Source of the DNA: Candidatus Doudnabacteria bacterium
GTDB taxonomy: Bacteria > Patescibacteriota > Doudnabacteria > UBA920
Length of the DNA: 64,000 nt
Assembly (NCBI GenBank): GCA_031291995.1
Contig: JARLHZ010000010.1
Span: forward strand, 37,155 to 101,154
Reading direction: 5' to 3'
The notes below the pieces were generated by a model. That model was not told the origin of the DNA and did not search any database. It saw nothing but the letters and a program-made list of their open reading frames with translations. Each line of letters opens with the position of its first letter. Position 1 is the first letter of the stretch. Below, piece by piece: positions 10,583 to 20,837 of this stretch. Both the position numbers and the translations under genes were made by a program.

Positions 10583-10876
10583 TTAGAGTTCCTCAATGTC
10601 CAAATTCTTAAACTGGTTCAGCGTCATTCCCACAACATTCTTGCTTGCTAATAATTTTTTGGAAGTCGGGAAATCTTTTATGTGGTCTTCTCTCAACTTT
10701 ACAAAGACGTTGCCTTCGCTGCCGTCGGATTCACGCTTAAAGTGAAGGATTATTTTTTTGTTATTTAACTGCTTGCCGGTAATTACGCAGTCATCGGCGG
10801 TCAAGGTTTTTATTTTCTTGTCCTTGTCTTCCCACTCCATTATTTCACCAACTTCAAATATGTCTTTTATGGTCAT
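10583..10876 (-). CDS. Hypothetical protein within the dnaK operon region
   Basis: 97-aa ORF with a GGAG SD, flanked by palindromic repeats. Confidence 0.6.
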   Translation of the reverse strand: MTIKDIFEVGEIMEWEDKDKKIKTLTADDCVITGKQLNNKKIILHFKRESDGSEGNVFVKLREDHIKDFPTSKKLLASKNVVGMTLNQFKNLDIEEL

Positions 10877-11048
10877 AGATTCTCCACAAATCACTAATTT
10901 CACAAATGAGGACAAATCTTACGGCAACTTATTTGCAGTATTTGTGAACATTTGTGATTAGTGGATAATTAATTTTTCTTCTTGCTTATTAAGATCCCTC
11001 GACTCGACCTTCGAGTAATATTCTATAAGGTCTCGCTCGGGATGGTTG

Positions 11049-11600
11049 CTATAATTTGCCACCTTCGGCGGCCTTCTTGCTGATAACCACTTGTGACGGA
11101 CGAATAACCTTACCGTTTAGCTCAAACCCGGACTGAAACTCATCTATAACAATTCCATCGTCTTTTTCCGATTCGACTTCCTTTATCGCCTCATGGAAAT
11201 TCGGGTCGAATTTTTTGCCAATGGCCTCAATTTTTTTGACACCTAAATCCGATAATACTTTATCTAACTGGATGACAATTCCGTTCACTCCCGTCTGCCA
11301 GTTTTGGTATTGTTTTTCAAAGTCCGTCTGCAGATTGCTGTCTGCTGATTGCTGATACTGCGGCAAATGCTTCAGCGCCTGCTCCAGCGTATCTATAGTG
11401 GGCAAAAGTTTTACCACCGTTACTTCTTTGGCAAATTCCAGCAGCTCCTTATTCTCGCGTTCCTTCTGTTTTTTAAAATTTTCGAAGTCCGCGGCCGTGC
11501 GCTTCCATCCGGCCATGGCACTTTCAAAATCGGCTTGGAGCTTTTCTAAAGAAACATCACTGGCTTGATTTTGGTCGTCTTGTTGTATATCGTCGCTCAT
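11049..11600 (-). CDS. grpE: Nucleotide exchange factor GrpE
   Basis: RTAADFENFKK, FDPNFHEA, GFELNGKVIRPSQV. Confidence 0.97.
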   Translation of the reverse strand: MSDDIQQDDQNQASDVSLEKLQADFESAMAGWKRTAADFENFKKQKERENKELLEFAKEVTVVKLLPTIDTLEQALKHLPQYQQSADSNLQTDFEKQYQNWQTGVNGIVIQLDKVLSDLGVKKIEAIGKKFDPNFHEAIKEVESEKDDGIVIDEFQSGFELNGKVIRPSQVVISKKAAEGGKL

Positions 11601-11717
11601 ATGATTAATTCGGATTCATTGATTGAATGCGGATCTACTGATGCCTACCAACACACTTCGATCATCAGCATCCGTAGACATCAGTTGATCCGTGTACCAT
11701 CGGTAGATCCGTATTAA

Positions 11718-12473
11718 TTATTTAATCATGGTCAATAATATGACTGCCGCTCCCCCGCCCAACAGCTTGGCAATATACTCCATAAGGGACAAATTCTTTT
11801 CGTACTTCATGCTCTTGGGGCCGATTAAACCGATTACGCCTTTTTTGCCGCCGGGCAGGCTGAGGCCGCTGACTATCATAGAATAATCGGACTTTTTGCT
11901 GAGTTTTAACTCTTTTCCAATAAACGTTTCGGGTTTTTGCGAACCTGAATAATCCAGCATCATTTTTTCCGCGTACTGGTCGATGTTATCAAAAAACTGA
12001 GCAATCTCTTTGGCATCCTCCGCCGGCAGGGCCGGATTATCGAGAATATTGGACAGGCCCGTAGTGGAAGTTTCTTCGGGAAAAAGCGTGAAAGATGCCT
12101 GTTGGGAATGGTCGGACAGTAATTTCGCGATTTTCCTCCCCATTTCCGCGTGGATAATCTGCATCTTCATCAATTCGCGCCTGAGCAAATCCTGCTCCTT
12201 TAATGTCAGCTGTACGCGGTCCATAAGTTCGTTCACAAAAAACCGGAATCCTTTATCGGTTGGCACGCGACCCGCGGACGTATGAGGCTGGGTAATATAA
12301 CCGGTTTTCTCCAATACCTGCATCTCGTTTCGGATTGTAGCCGGGCTGACATCAAAAGTATATTTACCCGCCAAATCCTGACTGGCTACGGGTTGGCCGT
12401 TGTCGCAGTTCTCCTTAACTATGGCCGCAAGAATTTTGGCTTGCCTTTGAGTGATATCGGAATTTTTGTCCAT
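11718..12473 (-). CDS. hrcA: Heat-inducible repressor HrcA (short form)
   Basis: SPATIRNEM, QPHTSAGRVPTDKGFRFFV, GVIGLIGP. Confidence 0.95.
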   Translation of the reverse strand: MDKNSDITQRQAKILAAIVKENCDNGQPVASQDLAGKYTFDVSPATIRNEMQVLEKTGYITQPHTSAGRVPTDKGFRFFVNELMDRVQLTLKEQDLLRRELMKMQIIHAEMGRKIAKLLSDHSQQASFTLFPEETSTTGLSNILDNPALPAEDAKEIAQFFDNIDQYAEKMMLDYSGSQKPETFIGKELKLSKKSDYSMIVSGLSLPGGKKGVIGLIGPKSMKYEKNLSLMEYIAKLLGGGAAVILLTMIK

Positions 12474-12512
12474 AATTTTTACCTTGATTAAACTGCTACA
12501 ATGATAATATCA

Positions 12513-12539
12513 TTAGCACTCTACCATGTCAAGTGCTAA
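12513..12539. promoter_or_regulatory. CIRCE operator
   Basis: TTAGCACTC-N9-AAGTGCTAA (one mismatch to consensus) directly upstream of hrcA. Confidence 0.93.
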
Positions 12540-12608
12540 CTATCTCTGTAAAAATTTTCTTTTTTTGCTATAATTACGGAAAGATAAAATAATTAATAAT
12601 AGAGGTTT

Positions 12609-13883
12609 ATGAAACCCAAACACAAACAATCGACGGCAGGCCTGGCTATATTGGCTTTGTCGTTTTCTTTTTTTGCCGCGCCTCTCAGTAGTTCGGCGCA
12701 AGTGCCAAGCATGCCAATGTTCGCGATGCCGAGTCAACCGCAATTTAATAACTTTTGGAAACCCGACTTCCAAAAACCGTTCTTTCATGCCCGGGTTTGC
12801 GCCCAGGCATTAGCCGGTTTTGGCCTGGCGGGATGCGACGCCCATGTGATAACTGATGCGGGCGGCAAAGCAAAAACTTTTACCGCTCCTTCCGGTTACG
12901 GGCCGGCGCAATTCCAAGCCGCCTACGGCATAACCGCAGCATCCGGCCATCCAATAATCGCCATTGTTGACGCCTACAACGCGCCAAATATAACCTCCGA
13001 CTTAAATACCTACAACAAACAGTTTGGCCTGCCCTCCTTCCCGGCCTGCGCCAAAAATGTTTCCGGTTCCGCCGTGCCGTGCTTCCAAAAAGTCAACCAA
13101 AACGGCGGCTCGTTCCTGCCTCTGTCCAACTCCGGCTGGGCATTGGAAATTTCCCTGGATGTCGAAGTCGCCCACGGTGCCTGCCCACAATGCAGCATTC
13201 TGCTAGTGGAGACAAATTCCAGCAGCTACAACGACCTGCTCACGGGCATTGATCGAGCGGCCATAATGGGAGCCAAGGTTATTTCCGACTCCTGGGGCGG
13301 CGGGGAATTTTCCGGCGAAACTTCCTACGACAGCCATCTCAACAAACCCGGCGTAGCCATAACTTTTAGTTCCGGGGACAGCGGCTACGGGGTGGAGTAT
13401 CCGGCCAGTTCCCGTTATGTGACCGCGGTCGGCGGCACATCGCTTATGATGAACGGACTAGCGTACGCGGGTGAAACCGCCTGGAGCGGCGCCGGTAGCG
13501 GCTGTAGCCAATTTGAGAGCAAACCGGTTTGGCAAACAGATGCCGGATGCGTTAAGCGCACCATCGCCGATGTTTCGGCCGATGCAGACCCAAATACTGG
13601 CGCGGCTGTTTATGACAGCTACCACTTTAGCGGCAGAGCAGGTTGGTTCCAAGTCGGTGGCACTTCGCTGGCTTCGCCACTGGTTGCCGCGGCGTATGCA
13701 ACGGGAACGCCGATTCCTGCCGGCACTGCGCCAAACCAAATGCCCTATATTAACTCGTCGCTGCTGCATGATGTAACTGGCGGGGGCAACGGCACGTGCG
13801 GCGGAGAATATCTTTGCACCGCCATTTCCGGTTACGACGGCCCGACAGGCTTGGGCAGCCCCAATGGCGGCGGAGCGTTCTAA
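12609..13883 (+). CDS. Secreted S53/S8-type serine peptidase
   Basis: Signal peptide; IAIVDAY, EISLD, SSGDSG, VGGTSLASP, YDGPTGLGSP. Confidence 0.9.
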   Translation: MKPKHKQSTAGLAILALSFSFFAAPLSSSAQVPSMPMFAMPSQPQFNNFWKPDFQKPFFHARVCAQALAGFGLAGCDAHVITDAGGKAKTFTAPSGYGPAQFQAAYGITAASGHPIIAIVDAYNAPNITSDLNTYNKQFGLPSFPACAKNVSGSAVPCFQKVNQNGGSFLPLSNSGWALEISLDVEVAHGACPQCSILLVETNSSSYNDLLTGIDRAAIMGAKVISDSWGGGEFSGETSYDSHLNKPGVAITFSSGDSGYGVEYPASSRYVTAVGGTSLMMNGLAYAGETAWSGAGSGCSQFESKPVWQTDAGCVKRTIADVSADADPNTGAAVYDSYHFSGRAGWFQVGGTSLASPLVAAAYATGTPIPAGTAPNQMPYINSSLLHDVTGGGNGTCGGEYLCTAISGYDGPTGLGSPNGGGAF

Positions 13884-13979
13884 GTCAATTAATAATTTCC
13901 GCCCTGATTCGGTTCGGGGCGGATTTTTTATGGTGGATAACTTTCCCAAAAACTCCTGATTTATTAAAAAATCAGGCTT

Positions 13980-14008
13980 TTGACATATGGTGAACGCTCG
14001 TTTACTAT
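13980..14008 (+). promoter_or_regulatory. sigma70 promoter with operator-like GGTGAACGCTCGT in the spacer
   Basis: TTGACA-17-TACTAT, just after a terminator at 13898-13929. Confidence 0.65.
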
Positions 14009-14076
14009 TTATTCAAGAGTTACCGGATAACCTTATATTGGGTTTCCGGTAATTTTTTATTATTAATCAAATTAAA

Positions 14077-15261
14077 ATGAAAACAATACTTTTTTTGCTG
14101 GCGCTAACAGCGCTTATTATCACACCCGATATTGTCCAAGCTGCCGCCATTCATAATGCCCGCGTTTGCAGTCTGGCTAAAAAACAAGGCCTGGCCAGCT
14201 GTAATGCCCGCGTAATCACCGATGCCAAGGGTAAAATGGTTGTAAATAATTCTCCAATCGGGTTTAGTCCGGCTGATTTGCGGCATGCCTACAATCTTTC
14301 GGGGAAGGCGGATAATCACCCGGTCGTCGCGATTGTGGATGCTTATGACGACCCGACAATCAAAAGCGATCTGGATGTGTACAGCAATCAGTTTGGTTTG
14401 GCGCACTTGCCGAACTGTAAAACCGATGCCGCCAAATCCTTAGTCCCATGTTTTCAAAAAATCAGCCAGCGCGGCACCGCCGCTTTGCCTTCAATAAATA
14501 AAGGCTGGTCAATGGAAATAGCGCTGGATGTGGAAGCGGTTCACGCTATGTGTGAAAACTGTTCAATTTTATTGGTGGAAGCGACTTCTCCCAATATGAC
14601 AAATTTAATGGCGGCCGTTGACGCCGCGGTTAAAGCCGGAGCAGTGGCGGTTTCCAACTCTTACGGCGGCCCGGAATTTGCGGAAGAAAAACAGTTTGAC
14701 AGCCATTTTAATCGTGCCGGAATCGCGTTTACCGTAAGCAGCGGCGACAGCGGCTACGGGGTACAGTACCCGGCCGCTTCTCCTTATGTCACGGCCGTGG
14801 GCGGGACTTCCTTATATTTAGGCTCGGGCGGCAAATATAAAAACGAGGACGCCTGGAGCGGGGCTGGCAGCGGATGCAGCCAATTTGAGGGCAAGCCGGC
14901 CTGGCAAACAGACAATAAATGCCAAAACCGAACCGTGGCGGATGTCTCGGCGGTTGCCGACCCGGACACCGGCTTTGCGGTGTATACCACGACGAGCGTC
15001 AAAGGCCAAAAGGGTTGGTTTACGGCCGGCGGGACATCCTTGTCTTCGCCGCTTATTGCCGCAGTTTATGCTTTGGCCAAAAATATTCCCAGTGGCCAAA
15101 AAGCCAACAGTCTTCCCTATAACCTGGGAACCAAATCCAACCTGCATGACGTGGTCGGCGGAAGCAATGGGGACTGCAACCCCGCCTATTTATGCGCCGG
15201 TAAAACCAAGTACGACGGCCCAACCGGTCTGGGAAGCCCCAACGGTATTGGCGCGTTCTAA
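14077..15261 (+). CDS. Second secreted S53/S8-type serine peptidase (tandem paralog)
   Basis: Signal peptide; EIALD, SSGDSG, GGTSLSSP. Confidence 0.9.
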   Translation: MKTILFLLALTALIITPDIVQAAAIHNARVCSLAKKQGLASCNARVITDAKGKMVVNNSPIGFSPADLRHAYNLSGKADNHPVVAIVDAYDDPTIKSDLDVYSNQFGLAHLPNCKTDAAKSLVPCFQKISQRGTAALPSINKGWSMEIALDVEAVHAMCENCSILLVEATSPNMTNLMAAVDAAVKAGAVAVSNSYGGPEFAEEKQFDSHFNRAGIAFTVSSGDSGYGVQYPAASPYVTAVGGTSLYLGSGGKYKNEDAWSGAGSGCSQFEGKPAWQTDNKCQNRTVADVSAVADPDTGFAVYTTTSVKGQKGWFTAGGTSLSSPLIAAVYALAKNIPSGQKANSLPYNLGTKSNLHDVVGGSNGDCNPAYLCAGKTKYDGPTGLGSPNGIGAF

Positions 15262-15338
15262 TGTAAAGTTAACTTGACATTAGTTTTTTGCCGGTTTAAA
15301 ATAAAAACAATAACTTAACACAAAAAGGAATCACCAAG

Positions 15339-17084
15339 ATGATCATACAAATACTTTTTGCCGTCCTGGCCGGCATATTAACCATTGCCGCCCCCTGCAT
15401 TTTACCCATGCTCCCGATTTTGCTCGGCGCTTCGGTCGGCCAGCAAAGCAAGCAACGGCCGCTGTTTATTGTGCTAGGATTTATTGTCAGTTTTTCTGCC
15501 GCGGCGCTGGTATTGTCCGCAATCATCAGCCACTTTGGTTTAAGCCCCAACCTGCTTCGCGATATTGCGGTAGTCTGCCTGGCTATTTTTGGACTGCTGA
15601 TGATTTGGCCAAAACCGTTTGAATTGCTGGCTATGAACATGTCCGGCACCATAAACTCCGCCAATAAATTGGGAGGCGGTTCCGGAAATACCGGCGGGCT
15701 GTTGCTCGGCCTGGTCTTGGGCATAGTCTGGACTCCCTGCGCGGGGCCAATTTTGGGATCAATCTTAACCCTGGTGGCAGTTTCCGGCAGTACCTCAAAA
15801 TCGGTGATACTGATGATTGCCTACGCGCTGGGAGCCGGCATCCCCATGCTCATAATCGCCTACGGCAGTCAGTGGATAACAACCAAGGTTAAATGGCTGG
15901 CGCAATATTCGGTGAGACTTCAGCAAATTTTTGGTATATTAATTTTACTATTGGCGGCTGCCATGTATTTCCAATACGACGTTGTAATTGAGGCGGCGCT
16001 GACCCAGGCTTTTCCACAATCCGGTCTGGAAACTCAGTTGGTCCAAAATGGCAACCCTATTTTAAACACCAACCATAATGCACCTATGGAATCTGCCGCC
16101 CTACCATCCCCGCCCGCGACCGGACAAAGCACCACAACGACATCGCAAAATTCCGTTAGACCGGCCACCCCTCTGGATGTTGTCCCTCTGCAAAATTTCG
16201 GCAAAGCCCCCGATTTTACCGGAATAGATCACTGGCTGGATCTTCCAAACAACGCGCAATCGCTGTCGCTGGCCGATTTAAAGGGCAAAGTTGTCCTGGT
16301 GGATTTTTGGACTTTGTCCTGCATAAATTGCATCCGCACCCTGCCATATGTCACAAAATGGTACGATACTTATAAAGGCCGGGGATTGGTTGTAGTCGGA
16401 ATTCACACGCCGGAATTTGATTTTGAAAAGGACACCGGGAACGTCCAAAACGCCATAGAACGTTTTAATATTCATTATCCTGTCGCGCAGGATAATGAAT
16501 ACACGACCTGGAACGCTTATAATAACGAGTATTGGCCGGCCGAATATCTTATTGACCAAAAAGGGAATATTGTCCACGAACATTTTGGCGAAGGTGAATA
16601 TGACGTTATGGAAAATGCCATCCGGGAATTGTTAAATGAAAATACGGCGGTCGGTCCTGAAAATGGCTCGAACTTACAGGGAGTCGGCTCCCCGGAAATG
16701 TATTTTGAAATCTCGCGGCTGAAAAATTTGACACCCGACCAGCAAGCATCGAGCCAGCCGCAAACTTATGCGCTTACTCAAAATTTGGCCCTGAATAATT
16801 TCGCCCTGGAAGGAACATGGCAATTTACCGGCGACCACGCGACTTTGGTAGGCGGACCCGGTAAAATCCGCCTGCATTATCATGCTTCCAATGTCTATAT
16901 GGTGGCCAGCAGCGATAAACCTGTAACCGTGACAGTCTTTGTGGATGGCAAACAGGCCAGCCAGGTGACAATTCAGTCCTCCCGGCTCTACCAGCTCGTT
17001 CAATCCGATTACGCGAACGATTACACCGTGGAAATTGACATCCCACAAGCCGGCCTTAACGCGTTCACGTTTACATTCGGATAA
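15339..17084 (+). CDS. dipZ: DipZ (CcdA/DsbD membrane domain, thioredoxin domain, C-terminal beta domain)
   Basis: PCILP and WTPCAGP cysteines; DFWTLSCINC; HTPEF; HFGEGEY. Confidence 0.9.
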   Translation: MIIQILFAVLAGILTIAAPCILPMLPILLGASVGQQSKQRPLFIVLGFIVSFSAAALVLSAIISHFGLSPNLLRDIAVVCLAIFGLLMIWPKPFELLAMNMSGTINSANKLGGGSGNTGGLLLGLVLGIVWTPCAGPILGSILTLVAVSGSTSKSVILMIAYALGAGIPMLIIAYGSQWITTKVKWLAQYSVRLQQIFGILILLLAAAMYFQYDVVIEAALTQAFPQSGLETQLVQNGNPILNTNHNAPMESAALPSPPATGQSTTTTSQNSVRPATPLDVVPLQNFGKAPDFTGIDHWLDLPNNAQSLSLADLKGKVVLVDFWTLSCINCIRTLPYVTKWYDTYKGRGLVVVGIHTPEFDFEKDTGNVQNAIERFNIHYPVAQDNEYTTWNAYNNEYWPAEYLIDQKGNIVHEHFGEGEYDVMENAIRELLNENTAVGPENGSNLQGVGSPEMYFEISRLKNLTPDQQASSQPQTYALTQNLALNNFALEGTWQFTGDHATLVGGPGKIRLHYHASNVYMVASSDKPVTVTVFVDGKQASQVTIQSSRLYQLVQSDYANDYTVEIDIPQAGLNAFTFTFG

Positions 17085-17093
17085 GCCGACACT

Positions 17094-17288
17094 ATGATTT
17101 TAAACTCTGTTAAACAATTTCGTGAGCGGCAAAACATCACCCAAGAACAGCTTGCGGCCGTAGTTGGCGTGTCCAGACAGACCATAATTGCCATCGAAAA
17201 AGGTAACTATGAACCTTCCCTGGGACTTGCCCTAAAATTGACAAAAATTTTTAAAATTAAGGTAGAAGATATTTTTGTGCTAAAATAA
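17094..17288 (+). CDS. XRE-family HTH regulator
   Basis: TQEQLA..VGVSRQTIIAIEKGNYEPSL. Confidence 0.9.
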   Translation: MILNSVKQFRERQNITQEQLAAVVGVSRQTIIAIEKGNYEPSLGLALKLTKIFKIKVEDIFVLK

Positions 17289-17293
17289 ACTAT

Positions 17294-17656
17294 ATGAAAG
17301 TAATAATTTATTATCTACTATTATTGGTTTTTATAGCCTTAGTTGCCGGCTCACTTGTGCTGGGTAGGCCGCAAAGTATGGGTATGCAGCAAATGCTGGG
17401 CATTTCAGCGGCCTTAATTTTATATGTAATAGCCATGTCGTTCGTCGGGGAAGGCAAAAATCAGGACGAACGGCAAATTCTCCACAAAAACTTATCCAAC
17501 CGGGCGGGGCTCGTAGCCGGGTCTGTGATATTTTCCCTCGGGATTTTATATCAGCTATTTGTCTCCCACAACATAGACTATTGGCTTTGGGCCGGGCTTA
17601 TTGCTATAAATCTCACAAAAATTATCAGTTTAATTTTTCTGGAAAATAGAAATTAA
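17294..17656 (+). CDS. Small membrane protein (DUF2178-like, DER motif)
   Basis: Four TM segments and QDER, adjacent to the XRE gene. Confidence 0.65.
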   Translation: MKVIIYYLLLLVFIALVAGSLVLGRPQSMGMQQMLGISAALILYVIAMSFVGEGKNQDERQILHKNLSNRAGLVAGSVIFSLGILYQLFVSHNIDYWLWAGLIAINLTKIISLIFLENRN

Positions 17657-17683
17657 AAAATACCCGCGCGAGCGGGTATTTTT
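17655..17683. terminator. Bidirectional intrinsic terminator
   Basis: AAAAAATACCCGC-GCGA-GCGGGTATTTTT. Confidence 0.8.
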
Positions 17684-17692
17684 AACAATCTG

Positions 17693-17887
17693 TTATTTAG
17701 AACCGTTTTCCGTCACTGTCTTGTGGTGGGCTACCACAATCGGACCGGTATCATAGGTGCCGCTGTCGCTTAGCACTATATAACTCACCAACGAAATTCC
17801 TGTAACCACCAAAAAAACAATTGTCCAAATAAACCAACGGGAATCGTAATTTTTTACGGGCGGCTGGGTATTTCCAACATTAGCCAT
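17693..17887 (-). CDS. Small single-pass membrane protein
   Basis: 64 aa with one TM segment. Confidence 0.55.
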   Translation of the reverse strand: MANVGNTQPPVKNYDSRWFIWTIVFLVVTGISLVSYIVLSDSGTYDTGPIVVAHHKTVTENGSK

Positions 17888-17918
17888 ATTTTTATTTTAA
17901 TTATTTTATATATATTCT

Positions 17919-18236
17919 CTATAAATTACTGACTTGGTTTTTTGCAGTGCGCACGGCCAGGATGGCAAAAATCAGGCTGACTATCCACAGTGCCAAAATC
18001 GGCAAAAGCACGACCGCGCCGCGGGGATAAAAAAAGAAAAACGCGAAACTGACAATCCCCAATGAATATAATTCAATCAAAAATACCACCACGAGCGCCT
18101 TGATAAGTTTCCCCACGACCGACTCGGCAAACAGCTTATGGACTTTGTAACCTTCGACAATCAGATAAACACTGCCTAAAACCAGCAGGGCTAACGCAAA
18201 CCATAAATAAGCCCCTAATTGACTGCCGTCTTGCAT
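17919..18236 (-). CDS. Small three-TM membrane protein
   Basis: 105 aa, hydrophobic. Confidence 0.6.
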   Translation of the reverse strand: MQDGSQLGAYLWFALALLVLGSVYLIVEGYKVHKLFAESVVGKLIKALVVVFLIELYSLGIVSFAFFFFYPRGAVVLLPILALWIVSLIFAILAVRTAKNQVSNL

Positions 18237-18321
18237 ATACCAATAAATTTGATGTTTATATCCGGTCTTCCCTGTTTGCTATGATTATAGTTTACCATAT
18301 TTTTATGCGCCGGGCAAAAAT

Positions 18322-18735
18322 TTAAGTCTTCTGATGCTCGATATTGATATCCCATAAAAACAACAGGACGCTGATCAAGTCGGTGGTTAGACAATATTGG
18401 CAGATTTTTTTTAACACAAAAAACTGGATGCTTAAAAATGCCAATGAAGCCACGGCCCCAATACCCAGCAGCCAAGTCAGCAGCGTTTTCCAGGTGGCGT
18501 AATAATTGGCGAGTAAGGCGCACACCGCCACCGAAAAAAAATAGGCCACTCCCCATACCGATAGCGGCAAACCCAACAGCATGGAGTACTTGCTGTTTAA
18601 CACGGTCTCACAGCCGTGGGTCAAATCACACGGCACCGCAAAGCCCAAGTAGTGGGTAATGGCCAAATACAGGCTGACCCCTAAGCCAAAAATGGCTAAA
18701 ATTACAATGGCATCATGTTTATGTCTGTGCAGCAT
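18322..18735 (-). CDS. VKOR-family disulfide-bond formation protein
   Basis: PC...GC..VL.SKYS...GLPLS and C-terminal ICQYC. Confidence 0.9.
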   Translation of the reverse strand: MLHRHKHDAIVILAIFGLGVSLYLAITHYLGFAVPCDLTHGCETVLNSKYSMLLGLPLSVWGVAYFFSVAVCALLANYYATWKTLLTWLLGIGAVASLAFLSIQFFVLKKICQYCLTTDLISVLLFLWDINIEHQKT

Positions 18736-18821
18736 ATAAAATATTTTAGCATAAATCCCCAAAATAACAAAATCCCCTCTCCCGCCACTGGCAGGAGAGG
18801 GGATAAAATCAAAAGGTGATT

Positions 18822-19142
18822 TTAGTACTGGTCGCGCCGGCCGTAGCCGCCGCCGTTGCCGCCCTGGCCGCCAAAACTGCGGCGCGGTCGGTCTTCCAGC
18901 GGACGGGCTTCTTTGACAACCAAAGTTCTGCCGCCGTACTGGCTGTTGTTGAGCGCGTTAATCGCGGCTTCGGCTTCGGCGTCGTTTTCGAATTCGACGA
19001 ATCCAAAACCTCTGCTGCGGCCGGTCATCTTATCGGTGATGACGGTGGCAGTAGCCACAGTGCCGTGCGCGCTGAATAACTGCTTAAGGTCGTCGGATGT
19101 GGTTGCCCACGGAATGCCGCCGACAAAAAGTTTCTTAGCCAT
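18822..19142 (-). CDS. RRM RNA-binding protein
   Basis: KLFVGGI (RNP2), RGFGFVEF (RNP1), Gly-rich tail. Confidence 0.95.
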   Translation of the reverse strand: MAKKLFVGGIPWATTSDDLKQLFSAHGTVATATVITDKMTGRSRGFGFVEFENDAEAEAAINALNNSQYGGRTLVVKEARPLEDRPRRSFGGQGGNGGGYGRRDQY

Positions 19143-19355
19143 TTATGAATAGGCTTTCTTTTAAGAGCTCACCTTACACTCTTACTTATATATTAAGGCG
19201 ATTAATGCCGGACTAAACTCTTATAAAGATAAACTCTTAAAAGAAGCCTATTGCCCAAACGATCTTAATCGAAGATGATATTAGCATTATAGCCTATTCC
19301 GCCAAAAAAATCAACCCCGGTTCGTTGGGGTCGATTTTAAAATTTATGTTTGAAT

Positions 19356-19715
19356 TTAAGCCGCTTTTTTCACGACCTTGGTCTTTCTGAATCTCGGCGC
19401 GCTATCCATGCGTTTACGGGTATAATAAAGCTTGGCTTTGCTTACCAGGGCGGGCTTGGTGACTTCCAACTTCACAATGTTCGGGGAATGGAGCGGAAAT
19501 ATTCTTTCCACGCCAACGCCGTAAGAAATTTTTCTGACCGTAAAAGTAGCGTTAACTCCGGTGCCGCCTTTAATGGCAATCACCAGTCCTTCAAACATCT
19601 GCACGCGTTCCTTGCTGCCTTCTTTAATCCTTTGGTGGACTTTAACGGTATAACCGGTCCTAAATTCCGGCAGCTGTTTGATTTGAGAATCGGTGATGTT
19701 TTTTACAATTGGCAT
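19356..19715 (-). CDS. rplS: 50S ribosomal protein L19
   Basis: [35 protein letters not shown]. Confidence 0.97.
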   Translation of the reverse strand: MPIVKNITDSQIKQLPEFRTGYTVKVHQRIKEGSKERVQMFEGLVIAIKGGTGVNATFTVRKISYGVGVERIFPLHSPNIVKLEVTKPALVSKAKLYYTRKRMDSAPRFRKTKVVKKAA

Positions 19716-19811
19716 AAATGGATATTTATTGATATTAAAATATTGTGATATTAATTGTGTTTCGAAAATATCTATTAATATCTACTAATATCAACAAATA
19801 TCTACAACACA

Positions 19812-20819
19812 TTATACTTCTTTAACAGTTTTACTGTTTAAATCGACTAAAACTTTCCGCAGATCGTCAGCTAGTTCCGACTCGGCTTCTATCCAGGAAT
19901 TGTCCGGAAGGCGGACTTCAATTTTTTTTGCGTGAAGGAATTGTCTGTGTAGGCCTGGTAAAACAGTCCTTTTCCCGCCATAGAGCTCATCACCCATAAG
20001 CGGGTGTCCTGTGCTGGCAAGGTGGACCCGGATCTGATGTGTTCTGCCTGTATGCAATTTTACCAGAATTAGGGTGTATTTGTCAACCCCGGCCGCAGCT
20101 CTCCCCTCCTTTTCAAGGAGGGGTCCTCGCGAAGCGAGGGGGGTGGTTGGAGTTGGCAGATATTCCAAAACCTGATATTCGGTCACGGCTTCCTTGGCTA
20201 ACACCGGATCTTTGGCCGTTTGTTTCCGGAAATCAGTTTTGCTCTTACCAATGGGCGTTTCAATAAAACCATGCCGCTTTTCAATCTTGCCAAAAACCAG
20301 CGCGATATATTCTTTCTTGATTTTTCGTTCCGCAAACGCGTCTTTTAAAAACTCGTACATTTCCTGGGTTTTGGCCACTAAAATGACCCCGCTGGTATCC
20401 TTGTCCAGCCTATGCACAATCCCCGGCCGGTGATCTTCCCCCACAACCCTAATGTCCTTGAAATGATAGAGCAATGCCGAGGCCAATGTCTCCCCTTTAA
20501 ATCCCGCTCCCGGATGAACAGTCAGCCCTGCGGGTTTGTCTATAATGAGTAGTCCGTGATTATTATATAAAACTTTCAATGGCGTATTCGTCGCCTTCAA
20601 CTCTGTCTGCCGATTTGCGTCTGCTGATTGCTTATAGCTGACTTTATCGTTCAACCGCACCACAAACTTACTCTCCACAATAGGCTGCCCGTTAACCTCC
20701 GCCTGACCGCCCTCTATGTCGCGCTGAATCTGGCTGCGGCTTATCTGCGGCAGCTGCTTGGCCAGATATTTATCCAGCCGGGTTTTTAATTCTTCAACGA
20801 CAAAAGAATGTTCGGACAT
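19812..20819 (-). CDS. rluD: RluA/RluD pseudouridine synthase with S4 domain
   Basis: RLDKYL, HRLDKDTSG, TGRTHQIRVH, LHA. Contains an in-frame palindromic insertion. Confidence 0.9.
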   Translation of the reverse strand: MSEHSFVVEELKTRLDKYLAKQLPQISRSQIQRDIEGGQAEVNGQPIVESKFVVRLNDKVSYKQSADANRQTELKATNTPLKVLYNNHGLLIIDKPAGLTVHPGAGFKGETLASALLYHFKDIRVVGEDHRPGIVHRLDKDTSGVILVAKTQEMYEFLKDAFAERKIKKEYIALVFGKIEKRHGFIETPIGKSKTDFRKQTAKDPVLAKEAVTEYQVLEYLPTPTTPLASRGPLLEKEGRAAAGVDKYTLILVKLHTGRTHQIRVHLASTGHPLMGDELYGGKRTVLPGLHRQFLHAKKIEVRLPDNSWIEAESELADDLRKVLVDLNSKTVKEV

Positions 20820-20837
20820 AAATGCGATTCAATAATT

